Origin: a virus
Lineage: Duplodnaviria > Caudoviricetes
DNA: 36,413 nt
Virus record (IMG/VR): IMGVR_UViG_3300032373_001203
Location: 1 to 36,413 of that record
Strand: one strand, 5' to 3'
The notes under the pieces were generated by a model, which was not told where the DNA came from, ran no database searches, and saw nothing but the letters and a program-made list of their open reading frames with translations. The translations under genes were made by a program, and so were the position numbers. This document shows positions 36,174 to 36,413 of the stretch, one piece after another. Within the stretch, counting starts at the first letter, position 1; the number at the start of each line of letters is the position of its first letter.

Positions 36174-36413
36174 CTAATTGACCCTAGGCTTCTTCGACGG
36201 AGGCGGTGGCGGCGGATTAGTGGAGGGGGAAGCCATCTTCTTATGGTTCACACTATAAGAGACCGAGTTGGGAGAACCAGCGAGTTTGGACCGGCGTTCC
36301 TCGCGCAGGCGTTCACGCTTCCATTCGAACAGCCACCAGAGCGACAAAACGGCCACAGCACCGCCCGCGCCGGTCATGATGACGTACCCGATCCACATAG
36401 CTATCGTATCCAT
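36174..36413 (-). CDS. Small single-TM hypothetical protein beyond the att site
   Basis: N-terminal hydrophobic helix, basic and Pro-rich tail. Confidence 0.6.
   Translation of the reverse strand: MDTIAMWIGYVIMTGAGGAVAVLSLWWLFEWKRERLREERRSKLAGSPNSVSYSVNHKKMASPSTNPPPPPPSKKPRVN

Overview
Temperate podovirus-like prophage (about 1-35,822), most likely of an alphaproteobacterium. From left to right it has: a tyrosine integrase and probable excisionase; a leftward early operon with a sliding clamp and GapR; an accessory slot with a membrane protein, a TM-anchored PD-(D/E)XK nuclease and a Dam-type methyltransferase; a lambda-like switch with two paralogous HTH repressors, Cro/CII-like genes and four 18-bp operators; a rightward early operon with a GcrA C-terminal domain protein, two more DNA methyltransferases, a replication initiator fused to a DnaA domain I and a late regulator; a T7/BPP-1-style morphogenesis operon (terminase, portal, scaffold, capsid, tail tube A/B, four internal virion proteins, holin); two low-GC cargo genes; a leftward block of small phage genes; and an att site made of the 3' half of tRNA-Lys(CTT). 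I could not recognise a tail fibre or an endolysin. The most notable signals are: (i) GATC is nearly absent from 1-34.3 kb (8 sites counted by eye) but at normal density after that, alongside a Dam-like MTase paired with a nuclease whose topology suggests it faces out of the cytoplasm; (ii) a +1-frame ORF nested in the C5 MTase; (iii) a low-GC nuclease-like domain inserted in frame in an ejection protein; (iv) several mimics of host replication and cell-cycle factors. All family calls come from motif recognition by eye, not database searches.
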